Shown here piece by piece: positions 1-9,857 of a DNA stretch of 64,000 nucleotides. Within the stretch, counting starts at the first letter, position 1. Each line of letters begins with the position of its first letter. The stretch comes from Leptospiraceae bacterium (GTDB lineage Bacteria; Spirochaetota; Leptospiria; Leptospirales; Leptonemataceae), in the NCBI GenBank assembly GCA_040217195.1, contig JAVJNR010000003.1, positions 672,001 through 736,000 on the forward strand, written 5' to 3'. The notes under the pieces were generated by a model. It was not told the origin of the DNA, ran no database searches, and saw only the letters and a list, made by a program, of their open reading frames with translations. The translations under genes and the position numbers were made by a program.

Positions 1-973
1 AAGAATTAGCAGCCCGGAAAAACCTATCCTGGATGCACCGGCGCAAAATGGACTCATCGCATTGCCGGCTCACAGAATTCTATACAAGAAAAGCAAGGCC
101 AATGTGCGGGCCACACCTCTGGCCCGGAAAATTGCCCGCGAAAAAGGTCTGGACCTGACTTTGATTCAACCAACCGGTCGGGGAGACACAGTAACTGAGG
201 ACGATGTAAACGATTTTCAGAAAATGCGCCCCACTGCTGCATCTGCAGGGTTTAATGTACCGCCTGACAGAAAGGTGCAATTGTCCAACATGCGAAAGGT
301 AATCGCTTCGCGACTTCACGATGCGAAAAACAATATTCCTCACTTCTATTTAACTGTGGAGTACAACGCAGAATCTATGCTATCACTTCGCAAATCTTTA
401 AATCAAGATCTTGCAGAAATGGCCCCAGAAGGCGAAGAGGCTCACCGGTTTTCTCTCAATGACCTGATTACTCGAGCTGTGGCTTTCAGTCTTAGAAGAC
501 ATCCAGTTGTAAATAGCTCCTGGAGGGAAGATCATGTTCTGGAGCATGGAAACATTGATATTGGAATAGCAGTTGCTATCGATGGTGGACTGATTACTCC
601 CTATGTTCGCAACGCCGACCAGGTTAGTTTGATTCAACTTTCGAAAAATGCTGTGGATCTTGTAGAGCGGGCACGTAGCCGAAAGCTCAGGCCAGAAGAA
701 TTTACCAATGGAACTTTTACTATCTCCAACCTTGGAATGTTTGGAATTAAGGAATTCTCCGCCATTATCAATGAACCCGAGGCTGCCCTGCTAGCTGTGG
801 GCGGATTGGAGGATAAGCCGGTGGTCAAGGATGGTCAGATTATTATAGAAAAAACCATTACAGTAACTCTTAGCTGCGATCATAGAGTCATTGATGGGGC
901 CGAGGGAGCTCGTTTTCTACAAACCCTTAAAGGCTTTATCGAAAACCCATACACTTTAATTGTGGGTTCATGA
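1..973 (+). CDS. pdhC: Pyruvate dehydrogenase E2, dihydrolipoamide acetyltransferase (5' end outside the window)
   Basis: E3-binding motif ATPLARKIAREKGLDL; catalytic-domain motifs GTFTISNLGMFG and LSCDHRVIDGA; frame is open back to the window start. Confidence 0.9.
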   Translation, partial: RISSPEKPILDAPAQNGLIALPAHRILYKKSKANVRATPLARKIAREKGLDLTLIQPTGRGDTVTEDDVNDFQKMRPTAASAGFNVPPDRKVQLSNMRKVIASRLHDAKNNIPHFYLTVEYNAESMLSLRKSLNQDLAEMAPEGEEAHRFSLNDLITRAVAFSLRRHPVVNSSWREDHVLEHGNIDIGIAVAIDGGLITPYVRNADQVSLIQLSKNAVDLVERARSRKLRPEEFTNGTFTISNLGMFGIKEFSAIINEPEAALLAVGGLEDKPVVKDGQIIIEKTITVTLSCDHRVIDGAEGARFLQTLKGFIENPYTLIVGS

Positions 974-1392
974 TCCGAGACTTATTTGATCGCTCTGCGT
1001 ATTGGAAGGGCTGGCCTCTATGGCCCGCCGCAGTATTTGGCCTTTCTCTATACTGCTCGGACCCGCTTTCGGATCCTGCCGTTCAGGAGTTTAGAACCCA
1101 GGTCGCTACCGAGCATCAGCCAGGCTTTGACGCATACATCGAGCACAATTGCCAGGCCTGCCATGGGTTGAATGGCTCTGGCGGCGGTCCGCTAAATGCC
1201 TCCGGCAGGTTTAGCATTCCAGATTTTACGGATCCGTCCAGCTATCGACAGGGTTTTACAGCTTCAGAAATTCGCAATTCTATTGAATTCGGAGTGGAAG
1301 GTGGCCGAACTGGTATGCAAGCCTATCAGAACATCCCGCCCCAGCAGCTGGATGATATTTCCCGCTACATTCAATGGCTGCAAAAACAATGA
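970..1392 (+). CDS. Monoheme c-type cytochrome, probably exported or a lipoprotein
   Basis: CQACH heme motif, distal Met (GMQAY), hydrophobic N-terminus with LSLYC; ATGA overlap with the pdhC stop. Confidence 0.75.
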   Translation: MIRDLFDRSAYWKGWPLWPAAVFGLSLYCSDPLSDPAVQEFRTQVATEHQPGFDAYIEHNCQACHGLNGSGGGPLNASGRFSIPDFTDPSSYRQGFTASEIRNSIEFGVEGGRTGMQAYQNIPPQQLDDISRYIQWLQKQ

Positions 1393-3170
1393 GCCTGGAA
1401 AAAACGTTCACTAAGAGAATCATCGCCACTTTTCTACCGCCCTGGACCGAAAGGGTGGGATATCCTCCATCCAGACCAGAACTGGCAGTCCTATTTCCGG
1501 ATCGCACCAGTCCAATCCCCCTGGATCTGGCCCCCTCCTCCAGTCTGGATGGCATCTATCTGGACGGCGATGATGCCGCCAGGGATTCGCGCCAGCTAAC
1601 CGGGCAGCTAGAAACTCTTTCTCCCGGCGGGATAGCAGTAATGATTCTATCGAAGCAGTACTGGACCAAACGGGACTTAAAACAGGCCTGCGATGGAACT
1701 GGTTTCAGAATATTGTTTTCCAGCCCAATTCAAAGCGGGCAGAAAGTGAAAATTAGCAGCGAAGGACTTCCTGTGCCCGCCTCCTGGTATCAGCGAATCT
1801 TTCGTTCAGGTCGATTGGCCGCCTTTCCCGCTCTTTCTTTTCCCGGGGGCAAGGGGCTGTTTGTTGTATTGCAAAAGAAGTTTTCCCAGTCGCTTTCAAG
1901 TCGTATCGGATTGAGCGTAGTAATGCTGATGCCTGAAAATCGGGAAGCAGCGGCAAGAATGCTTCTTCGATGGGATTCCTTCTTGAAAGAAAAGAAATTC
2001 GACGATGCTCAGCTGGTTTACGTTGAGGATTCCCATCTGGATCCACCTCCTCTCAATTTGCAGGCAGATGCTGTGCGAAAGGTAGACCATTACCGACCCA
2101 CCGGACCTTACGGGGCCTTTCGGTCAGGCCTGGCCTTCAGTCGCGGCCGAAAAGTAATTGTGGATTTTTCCCGCGGGACGGTGGACCCTTCCCTTTGCAT
2201 GCCCCTCCTGGACAGATTTGTTCAAGAAGAAAAAAATATGGGCAAAAGGCACTTCGCAGTTCAGGGTGTGGACTACCGTATGCGAAACCCTTATGGCTGG
2301 CTCAGAGGGTTTTTCTTAAGATTTGTGGCAGGAACAGTGTATCCAGATTCGCCATTGCGCATCTATCCTTCCTGGACTGCATCTTTGCTGGCAGATTTAC
2401 ATCCTGAAGAAGTGGAAAAGTATCCGCTGCTCATGTCCATGATAGTCAAGAAGAACGGCGGCAGATTTATCAATGAAAAGCTGAATATTGCAGGAGTGAA
2501 GAATGCCCTGAAGCTGAGTATTCCTGGAATGCTCCTCTCCTATTTGCGACTCAGGGCCGGTAAGTTACTGGGATTATTGTTAATTAGTTTGCTTGCACTT
2601 TCGACTCTGCCCCATCTGCAAAAGGGAATGATTCAATTTCAAATGAGTCTGGGCAATCCAAATACATCTCTGGAATGGATACTGGCTGGATCGGCACTTA
2701 TATTAAGCCTGAATGGGACCATGGATTCCAGAAGTGGCACCGGGGCCATGTTCCACAGATATCTTCAGTCCCGAGTACCCGCCTGGAAAGCGAATCTCAA
2801 CCGATTCAGGCAGAGCATTGCCAGTTCCTGGGTGTTGCGAAACGGGCTGCTTTTTCTTCAGGCATTCATCGTATCCATTGGCTTTTATGTTGCATCCGCT
2901 TTATTGCTCTTTCGTCGCCCGGGCCGCGGAAGGTGGATACTTCTCACCTATTTCCTCCACATCCTGGCTATGGTCCATCTTCTGGTATTTAACGATTCCT
3001 TACCTCTTCAGACAGAGCACTGGGAAAAGGGTTTAAGCAGCCTGAATTCAATCATAGTTCAATTACTTTCGCCCAAGAGTGTTCCGCCAATTCTACTCTG
3101 GATTCTGGGTAGCCTTCAAATTGGCACTGCCCTGATTGTGATTCGCCTGTTTCGCAGAAAGAATCTCTGA
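1389..3170 (+). CDS. Hypothetical membrane protein with a degenerate GT2-like central domain and C-terminal TM helices
   Basis: Long ORF; LSVVML..YVEDS..GPYGAFRSGLAFSRG resembles GT2 elements; hydrophobic C-terminal third; ATGA overlap with the cytochrome c stop. Confidence 0.5.
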   Translation: MSLEKTFTKRIIATFLPPWTERVGYPPSRPELAVLFPDRTSPIPLDLAPSSSLDGIYLDGDDAARDSRQLTGQLETLSPGGIAVMILSKQYWTKRDLKQACDGTGFRILFSSPIQSGQKVKISSEGLPVPASWYQRIFRSGRLAAFPALSFPGGKGLFVVLQKKFSQSLSSRIGLSVVMLMPENREAAARMLLRWDSFLKEKKFDDAQLVYVEDSHLDPPPLNLQADAVRKVDHYRPTGPYGAFRSGLAFSRGRKVIVDFSRGTVDPSLCMPLLDRFVQEEKNMGKRHFAVQGVDYRMRNPYGWLRGFFLRFVAGTVYPDSPLRIYPSWTASLLADLHPEEVEKYPLLMSMIVKKNGGRFINEKLNIAGVKNALKLSIPGMLLSYLRLRAGKLLGLLLISLLALSTLPHLQKGMIQFQMSLGNPNTSLEWILAGSALILSLNGTMDSRSGTGAMFHRYLQSRVPAWKANLNRFRQSIASSWVLRNGLLFLQAFIVSIGFYVASALLLFRRPGRGRWILLTYFLHILAMVHLLVFNDSLPLQTEHWEKGLSSLNSIIVQLLSPKSVPPILLWILGSLQIGTALIVIRLFRRKNL

Positions 3171-4103
3171 AACTATAACTCCAGAAACGATCATCGCCGC
3201 TCCCAGGCTCTCTGTCCATCCAAGGAACTGCCCCAGAATAAGAAAAGCGAATACTCCTGCAAACACTGGTTCCATGGCATATATCAGGGATGCCCTCGCA
3301 GGCGATGTTTCCTTCTGAAATCTGACCTGAATCAATACAGTGCCGATGGTTGCCGGAATACTCAGATAAGTTAAACTTAGCAGTAGCTCAAGATCCCATT
3401 TCTGCTGGCCCAGAAATTCCAGACTGCCTTTTCCGTCCAGATACGGATCATCCATCCCAAGGATCGATGCCAGCGCTGCTGCCAGGCCAGTCCCCAGAAT
3501 CTGATAAAAAGTGAGGTCTGCCGTGGAGTATCGCCTGGAAAAGACATCCAGAAACGTAATCAGCAGAGCAAAGCTAAATGCGCAGGCTATGGTCAGCCAA
3601 TCTCCTTTATTCCAGTTGTCTCCCTCCGGCGTCCCCAGCAGAAAAAAGGCACCTGCAAGAACCAGCACCAGACCAATATAGGCACCGTTGACCACCCTTC
3701 TGCGCAGAAAGAAAATCTGCATAGGAAATGTAAACAGTACCAGTAGCTGAGTAATAAAGGCAGATCGAGCCGGAGTGGTATAGACCAGGCCCTGGGTCTG
3801 CAGTCCATAACCGGCAAAAGAAATGAGCCCTAGAAAAAGTCCTGCCAGGGGACCTATTGAAAGTGAAAAACCGGAGGATAGTATCTTGCTTTCCGGGGCT
3901 TTGTCTGTGGAAGGTTGGTTTCCTGTCCTGCTCCTGAGATAAAGAAAACCAGGAAAGAAACAGAGAGCTGCCACCAGAAAACGGATGGCCACCATCAAAT
4001 AGGGAGGCATTTGATCTACGGCCAGCTCAATGGCCACAAAGGTACCTCCCCAGAACAGAGCACAAAGAAGTAGCATCAAATCTGCCCGAAAACGTAGGAA
4101 CAC
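3093..4103 (-). CDS. DMT/EamA family transporter (start uncertain: GTG 4103 or ATG 4076)
   Basis: LFWGGTF, AIRFLVA, LQTQGLVYTT, ASLIYAMEPVFA; about 10 TM segments. Confidence 0.85.
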   Translation of the reverse strand: MFLRFRADLMLLLCALFWGGTFVAIELAVDQMPPYLMVAIRFLVAALCFFPGFLYLRSRTGNQPSTDKAPESKILSSGFSLSIGPLAGLFLGLISFAGYGLQTQGLVYTTPARSAFITQLLVLFTFPMQIFFLRRRVVNGAYIGLVLVLAGAFFLLGTPEGDNWNKGDWLTIACAFSFALLITFLDVFSRRYSTADLTFYQILGTGLAAALASILGMDDPYLDGKGSLEFLGQQKWDLELLLSLTYLSIPATIGTVLIQVRFQKETSPARASLIYAMEPVFAGVFAFLILGQFLGWTESLGAAMIVSGVIVSEILSAKQANHNQGSANLKATQNPE

Positions 4104-4146
4104 GAAAATCAATTGCCGGGTGCGGGCTTCATCGTCATCTGAAAAA

Positions 4147-6087
4147 ATGTTTGCAGCCCTGGACTGGATCATACTGGCCATATACATAGGCATTGCCCTT
4201 CTGGCAGGCCTGGCACTGAGCAAGAAAGCCTCATCCAGTATGGAGTCCTACTTTCTGGCCGGACGCAACCTTCCCTGGTGGTGGCTGGGCACTTCCATGG
4301 TGGCAACTACCTTCGCAGCCGATACACCTCTCGCTATCACTGGAATTACCGTAAAGAGCGGCATATCAGGAAACTGGTTCTGGTGGAGCTGGGCACTTAC
4401 TTACATGGCAGGTGCTATTTTCTTTGCGCGAAAATGGAGGCGATCCGAAGTTCTAACAGACATTGAATTCATAGAGTTAAGATACGGAACCGCAGCAGGT
4501 TCCTGGCTCAGGCTTTTCAAGGCCGGATACATGAGCCTGATCATGAACAGCATAATTCTTGGCTGGGTATTTCGCGCCATGGCCAAAATTACCACTCCCT
4601 TTGTTCACTGGGATGAGATTCTTTCTCCGGAAATCTATTCTGTACTTCTTGCGCACTGGCCGAACATGCTCTTGTTTGGAGTGGAAGGATACTCTGATGT
4701 TTCCAACCTGAATCATACTATAACGTTACTTCTTTTGTTTGCAGGAGTCGTGGTTTATTCCATGCTAGGTGGTATTCGCGGAGTTATTCTTACAGATCTA
4801 ATTCAGTTTGCCATGGCCATGATTGGATCCTTTATATTTGCCTACCTGGCCGTGGATTATGCCGGTGGAATGGACAATGTAGTATCTTCCATTCAGTCCC
4901 AGTACGCCGGAGGCGGACAGAGCAAGCTTTCGCTCATGCCGGACCTGACTACAATGACCATCAGTCTATTCGCAGTGTATTTCCTGATTCAGTGGTGGAG
5001 CCAGTACTTTTCGGATGGATCTGGCTACCTGGCCCAGAGAATGAACACCGCGAAGACACCCCAGGATGCAACTCGAGGATCTCTCTGGTTCGTATTCGCA
5101 AATTTCATGCTTCGCACCTGGCCCTGGGTTTTGATTGGCCTGGTTACGCTGGCACTGTTTCCGCTGGCAGTTCTGGACTCTGGTTTAACCGGCGATGCAC
5201 TTGCTGCCCGGTGCTCTTCGGCAGAACCCCTGGGATCTTCCATTTCCAGTTTTGCCACAGGCATTAGCACTGAAGATGTACGGATGGTCTGTGTTGATCC
5301 AGAAATGGGATATCCGGTTTTGATGAAATACGTTCTACCTGCCGGCTTACTGGGATTCGTATTTGCAGGTCTGATGGCTGCTTTCATGAGTACCGTGGAT
5401 ACCCACATCAACTGGGCGGGCTCCTATCTAGTAAACGATATCTATTTACGGTTCATCAAACCCGAAGCTTCCCAGAAAAAACAGGTTCAGGCCAGCCGAT
5501 GGGCCGTTTTTGTTGTAGCTGCCATTTCCATGATGGTGGCCTCACAGATAGGTAGCATTGAAGCTGCCTGGAAATTCTTAATCGCTCTGGCTGCAGGAAT
5601 GGGATTGCCACAAATCCTGAGGTGGATTTGGTGGAGAGCCAATGCATACACGGAAATCTCCGGAATGCTGGCATCGTTGCTTCTTACAATACTTCTCTAT
5701 TCCATCTATCCTACACTACAATCGACCTTTGGATGGGGCGAACTTAAGGCGGAACATGGCCTGGCATTTACAGCTCTCGGTTCAGCCTTTGTATGCATTC
5801 TGGTTACTCTTCGCACAGCCCCTACACCATCGCACGTTCTGGAAGGATTCCAAAAAAGGGTGGATCCCACGGGCTTCTGGCCTGATTCAAACCATCCCGC
5901 TCGAGCCAGAAAAGAATTCTTTCAGGATGTCCGATTGTGGCTTTCCGGTAACGTGGCCATCCTCAGCGGAATGCTAATTCCTGGTTATTTGCTACTGGGA
6001 GACTACCTGGGAGCAACTGTCTGCCTGATTGTGGCCGGACCAGCCTCTTACTTCACTCACCATCTCTGGAAGGCCAGGCGTCTATAG
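4147..6087 (+). CDS. Sodium:solute symporter (SSS family)
   Basis: YFLAGRNLPWW, SMVATTFAADTP, GGIRGVILTDLIQF, AAFMSTVDT. Confidence 0.9.
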   Translation: MFAALDWIILAIYIGIALLAGLALSKKASSSMESYFLAGRNLPWWWLGTSMVATTFAADTPLAITGITVKSGISGNWFWWSWALTYMAGAIFFARKWRRSEVLTDIEFIELRYGTAAGSWLRLFKAGYMSLIMNSIILGWVFRAMAKITTPFVHWDEILSPEIYSVLLAHWPNMLLFGVEGYSDVSNLNHTITLLLLFAGVVVYSMLGGIRGVILTDLIQFAMAMIGSFIFAYLAVDYAGGMDNVVSSIQSQYAGGGQSKLSLMPDLTTMTISLFAVYFLIQWWSQYFSDGSGYLAQRMNTAKTPQDATRGSLWFVFANFMLRTWPWVLIGLVTLALFPLAVLDSGLTGDALAARCSSAEPLGSSISSFATGISTEDVRMVCVDPEMGYPVLMKYVLPAGLLGFVFAGLMAAFMSTVDTHINWAGSYLVNDIYLRFIKPEASQKKQVQASRWAVFVVAAISMMVASQIGSIEAAWKFLIALAAGMGLPQILRWIWWRANAYTEISGMLASLLLTILLYSIYPTLQSTFGWGELKAEHGLAFTALGSAFVCILVTLRTAPTPSHVLEGFQKRVDPTGFWPDSNHPARARKEFFQDVRLWLSGNVAILSGMLIPGYLLLGDYLGATVCLIVAGPASYFTHHLWKARRL

Positions 6088-6297
6088 AATTGTGTCCACA
6101 GGAATTTAATGCATAAGCAATCCTGATCTCCCGGTCCGGGTGCAAAACCCGGGCTCTACGGCACTGTGGGCAGCCAGTGTTGCTTTTTCTAAGCTACCGA
6201 AGGGACTGTACAGATCAAGGTTCTATGCCTGGTTCCGTGGCAATCTCAAAAATCCGGACACCCTTAACGCCAGACCGGGATTAATTATTATTTCCGG

Positions 6298-9200
6298 TCA
6301 GATTCCAGTAGAGGTCTTCAGTTCCTCTATCTTTTCGCGAATCTTTGCATTTCTGTCTCCCTCTGGATCCAGACGTTCCGCAGTTGCCAGCATGCGTTCT
6401 GCCCTCTTAAGATTCTTCAAACGCATATAGATATCTGCCAGGAATAAATGAACATGGGGATCCTCCGGCTTTCGCAGACGCAACCTTTCTGCAAAATCCG
6501 CTGCTTTATCAAATTCGCCGGCTTTTCTGTAGAAGCTGGCAGAAGCGAAGATCATTTCCTCATCCTCGGGACGCAGGATACTGTATCGCTCAGAATAGAT
6601 GGCTGCCTTCCAGTATTCGCCCAGCCTGGTAGCCAGCGATGCCATTTTTCGATAAAGAGGGTCCAGGTCTGGAGTATCGGTGGCCACGGCTTCCAACAAG
6701 GTCAGAGCTCCTCGCAGATCCCCCTCGTTTTCCATCTCTCTAGCTTTAAGATACTTCTCTTTATTCTCTCCAGACAACACGGCAGCCTTGGCCGGCCAAT
6801 CCTCTTCGCGATATCCAAGACGCAACAAAGAGAAATCATCCATTAACTCTCCTGTGTTTTGAATCAAATGAAAGATGGCTTCCAGATCTCCTTCCGCTTT
6901 CTCAACATGCTTCAGGAAAATAGTCTCATCTTCGTTGATGATTCTGTGGCCATCACGCTCGCCCATCACCAGATCATCTTTGCCGTCTGATCCGACAAAA
7001 AGTACATCGCCGGGCTTCATCTGTAGAGTTTCCAGGTGTATGCCGCCTTCCACTCCTGTGGTTCCTAGCTTGCGATAATAATTTTTCTCTTCTACGAAAC
7101 TGGCCCCTTTATTTCTGTACAGCACTGCCGTGGGATGCTCAGCATTTATGAAATACACAAGTCCTGTAGCTTCATCCACCAGGCCAAAAATGCCAGAAAT
7201 TAGCATGGAGCCTTCAAAGCTTTCAAACACAGTATGCAGCTCAATGAAGGTATTCTTAAGCCATTTTTCCGGAAAACGATCCCGTTCTACCGGAGACATT
7301 CTGGTTCGCTCAATAATCGATTCCATCACGGAACCCAGTACCAGAGCTCCACTGGCTCCTTGCATGGATTTACCCATCGCATCCACGTTAAAGAAGAAAG
7401 TAAACGGCCGACTCTGCAGATAAATTCTATGAGCACCGCAAAGGTCGCCTCCGATTCGCTCTTTCCAGTGCTTGAACTCAAAGGATTTCTTCTGTTTTAG
7501 AATGAAATCTACAGAAACCGGGCCTTCAGGTACGGTATTGGTACCCAGAGGTTTAATCAGAAGTGAAGTCAGGAAGTAATCTCCATCCTGCTGGTGCTTT
7601 AGCTCTCGCACGGATTTCAGAGTCTCTTCCAGCTCCCGGGTCCGCTCCTGAACTTTCTCTTCTAGCTTGTCCGCGTAATCACGAAGTTCTTTCCTGGCTC
7701 CGCGAATCGACTGAACCATATCATTAAAGCTGCGCGATAGGAATCCAAGCTCATCCTCTACGCCCACCTTTAACTCAACATCCAGATCTCCGTCGTTAAC
7801 TCGACGAACGCCGCTGAGCAGAGATCGAAGGGGTTTCAGGAGCGCTGTATAGAAAAATAGAGGGTAGCCGATTATTACAACACTCATGATGCCCAGAATG
7901 ACAATAATAAAGCTTTCTGCCTGCGGATGAATGAAATGACGGTAGGTCAAATAATCGAAGCCCACTTCATGAATTCCTCCCTGTCGATACACAAGATAGG
8001 AAATAACACGCTGGTCGTTTTCCAGAGTCCGATAGATTCGCTCCCCCCGACCATACATGGGAGTTAGATACTGCATTATGCCTGACTTCAGATCCGATCC
8101 TTCAAGCTCCGAGTTGGCCACGAATTGTTCCATAACACTGGATAGAGGTTCCAGTGTGCCCTGATCCTTTTTCAGAAGTTCCAGAACCTTTGCGCGAAAC
8201 TCATCGTCGGGAAGCTTGCGAATTTTAGATTTGAAATAGGCTCGGTCGGTCACTGTTGCATCCCAGAGATCTACCAGGGAGCGGTTCGAATCCGCCATAA
8301 TCAATGCCATGTAGCCTTTTTGATAGTTTTCCAGGTAAGCGCGTCTGAGAAAAGCCTCTGGATCTCTGGCCTCCATGATCTGCCGCCTGAAGGCTGCATT
8401 CAGATATTCCCGGTCCCATGCTTCCTGCACAGGGGAACTGGACATTGAATTATAATCCACGCTAATCTTTCGCGAATCTGGATCATAATGACTTATGTAG
8501 AGTAAATCGTCTGGACGTTGCTCATCTTCCAGCAGGATCCTCTGAGCCCTTTCATAGTAGATCTTGTCAAAGTCCTTCTCTTTCTCCACAAATACTGGAT
8601 AACTGATTGCCTGGATGGCCAGAAGCGTGGTTGCCAGGCTGATGGCAAAGATTCGCGAAAGTAGTTTACTCTTCTCGCCGGATGTGGAAACAAAAAACAC
8701 CAGGATCCAGAACAATCCGATAACGCCAAGAGTAACCCAGAGAGTCTGGAATAGACCACGATCGATGGCACCGTCGCGGCTCAAAGCGTTAGCCATAGCA
8801 GGCACAATCACTGCAATTACAAAACCAGTATAAACACCAATTGCGCCAATTCGACTAAGTCCTTTCTCCTTGATCATTCTATAGACCGCAGGCACAGTAA
8901 ATAGAATTATGAATCCTAGAATCCACACCGCCACAAAGAGGGATGCCTTATCTGCGGCGAAATCCCAGTAATGCCCTTCGAAATGAAAGATCCTGGGCGC
9001 ATCCAGAGTCTGCCAGGCGAAATTTGCGGTGAGCAGAACACTGAGTACTATAGTAATTCCAAAGTAGAGCCAATACACCCAGCCCACAACAGGCCTGGGA
9101 AAGGACAGGAAATAGGTCCCAAGAAATAAACAGCCAAAGAATGTTGCCAGTACTGTTTGCCACCGGTGAAAGGCAAGGGACGGATCATCGTACGCCGCTG

Positions 9201-9369
9201 AGAAAAAATAGGCCACTCCCATACTGGTATAGAAGATAAATGCGATGGCCAGATTCCAGGTGGCCCGCGATTTTCCTTTGATGCTAAACAGAAAGACGCT
9301 GAAGAATGCAGCGAAAGCTACCATGTTTAGAGCAGCTACTGAGTAATAAGTATGCAGCATGAATTCCAT
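6298..9369 (-). CDS. Membrane sensor with HAMP, SpoIIE/PP2C phosphatase and C-terminal TPR domains
   Basis: About 7 N-terminal TM helices; HAMP (DELGFLSRSFNDMV); PP2C motifs GGD, DAMGKS, SDG, DDFSLL; TPR-like helical C-terminus. Confidence 0.85.
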   Translation of the reverse strand: MEFMLHTYYSVAALNMVAFAAFFSVFLFSIKGKSRATWNLAIAFIFYTSMGVAYFFSAAYDDPSLAFHRWQTVLATFFGCLFLGTYFLSFPRPVVGWVYWLYFGITIVLSVLLTANFAWQTLDAPRIFHFEGHYWDFAADKASLFVAVWILGFIILFTVPAVYRMIKEKGLSRIGAIGVYTGFVIAVIVPAMANALSRDGAIDRGLFQTLWVTLGVIGLFWILVFFVSTSGEKSKLLSRIFAISLATTLLAIQAISYPVFVEKEKDFDKIYYERAQRILLEDEQRPDDLLYISHYDPDSRKISVDYNSMSSSPVQEAWDREYLNAAFRRQIMEARDPEAFLRRAYLENYQKGYMALIMADSNRSLVDLWDATVTDRAYFKSKIRKLPDDEFRAKVLELLKKDQGTLEPLSSVMEQFVANSELEGSDLKSGIMQYLTPMYGRGERIYRTLENDQRVISYLVYRQGGIHEVGFDYLTYRHFIHPQAESFIIVILGIMSVVIIGYPLFFYTALLKPLRSLLSGVRRVNDGDLDVELKVGVEDELGFLSRSFNDMVQSIRGARKELRDYADKLEEKVQERTRELEETLKSVRELKHQQDGDYFLTSLLIKPLGTNTVPEGPVSVDFILKQKKSFEFKHWKERIGGDLCGAHRIYLQSRPFTFFFNVDAMGKSMQGASGALVLGSVMESIIERTRMSPVERDRFPEKWLKNTFIELHTVFESFEGSMLISGIFGLVDEATGLVYFINAEHPTAVLYRNKGASFVEEKNYYRKLGTTGVEGGIHLETLQMKPGDVLFVGSDGKDDLVMGERDGHRIINEDETIFLKHVEKAEGDLEAIFHLIQNTGELMDDFSLLRLGYREEDWPAKAAVLSGENKEKYLKAREMENEGDLRGALTLLEAVATDTPDLDPLYRKMASLATRLGEYWKAAIYSERYSILRPEDEEMIFASASFYRKAGEFDKAADFAERLRLRKPEDPHVHLFLADIYMRLKNLKRAERMLATAERLDPEGDRNAKIREKIEELKTSTGI

Positions 9370-9857
9370 CCTTTGAGGCCGCCAGACCCGAGCATACTGA
9401 GTCTAAGAGTCTCAGGGAGCAACGGTGCGGACCTGAAACAGGGGTCTTTATTCCCTATCGGCAAATCTCTTCTCGGAATCCTCCTCTTGCTTTTGGACTC
9501 TGTAAACAGTTTTAGTGCACAGTTAGTGTAAAAAGCGATCAGGCCCAAATAGCAACAAAGTAAGATTCAACACAGTATCTATCCCACGCTATTGCTGGCC
9601 CGGCTTCAAGCCATGATTCCGAATAGGCCCTTGAAATTGGACGATAAAGACCATTCGTTCCATACCCGGGTGCAAATCTGCTTCCATGGCGCTGCTTTTG
9701 GAGCCCAATTTCGGGCAGTTTGGCATTCCTGGATTTCAAGCCAGGGCATCTGGAAATATTGCGGGATGGCCTGGAATGTCCGGGAATCCGCCCTGTAATG
9801 GACAGGTTGCCTTTACACTGTGCGCTGCTGCCGGAATCCAGTAATCTGGAGTTAGTA

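Noticed and set aside
4030..4223. Long head-to-head overlap of the EamA and SSS ORFs
   Set aside because: Artefact of longest-ORF calling; starts at about 4103 and 4147 remove it. The same applies to the pth/dnaX and SprA/SET N-terminal extensions.
9370..9857. Possible ncRNA or riboswitch in a ~490-bp intergenic gap (also 12570-13039 and 25456-25741)
   Set aside because: No recognisable family motif by eye; an Rfam/Infernal scan would be needed.
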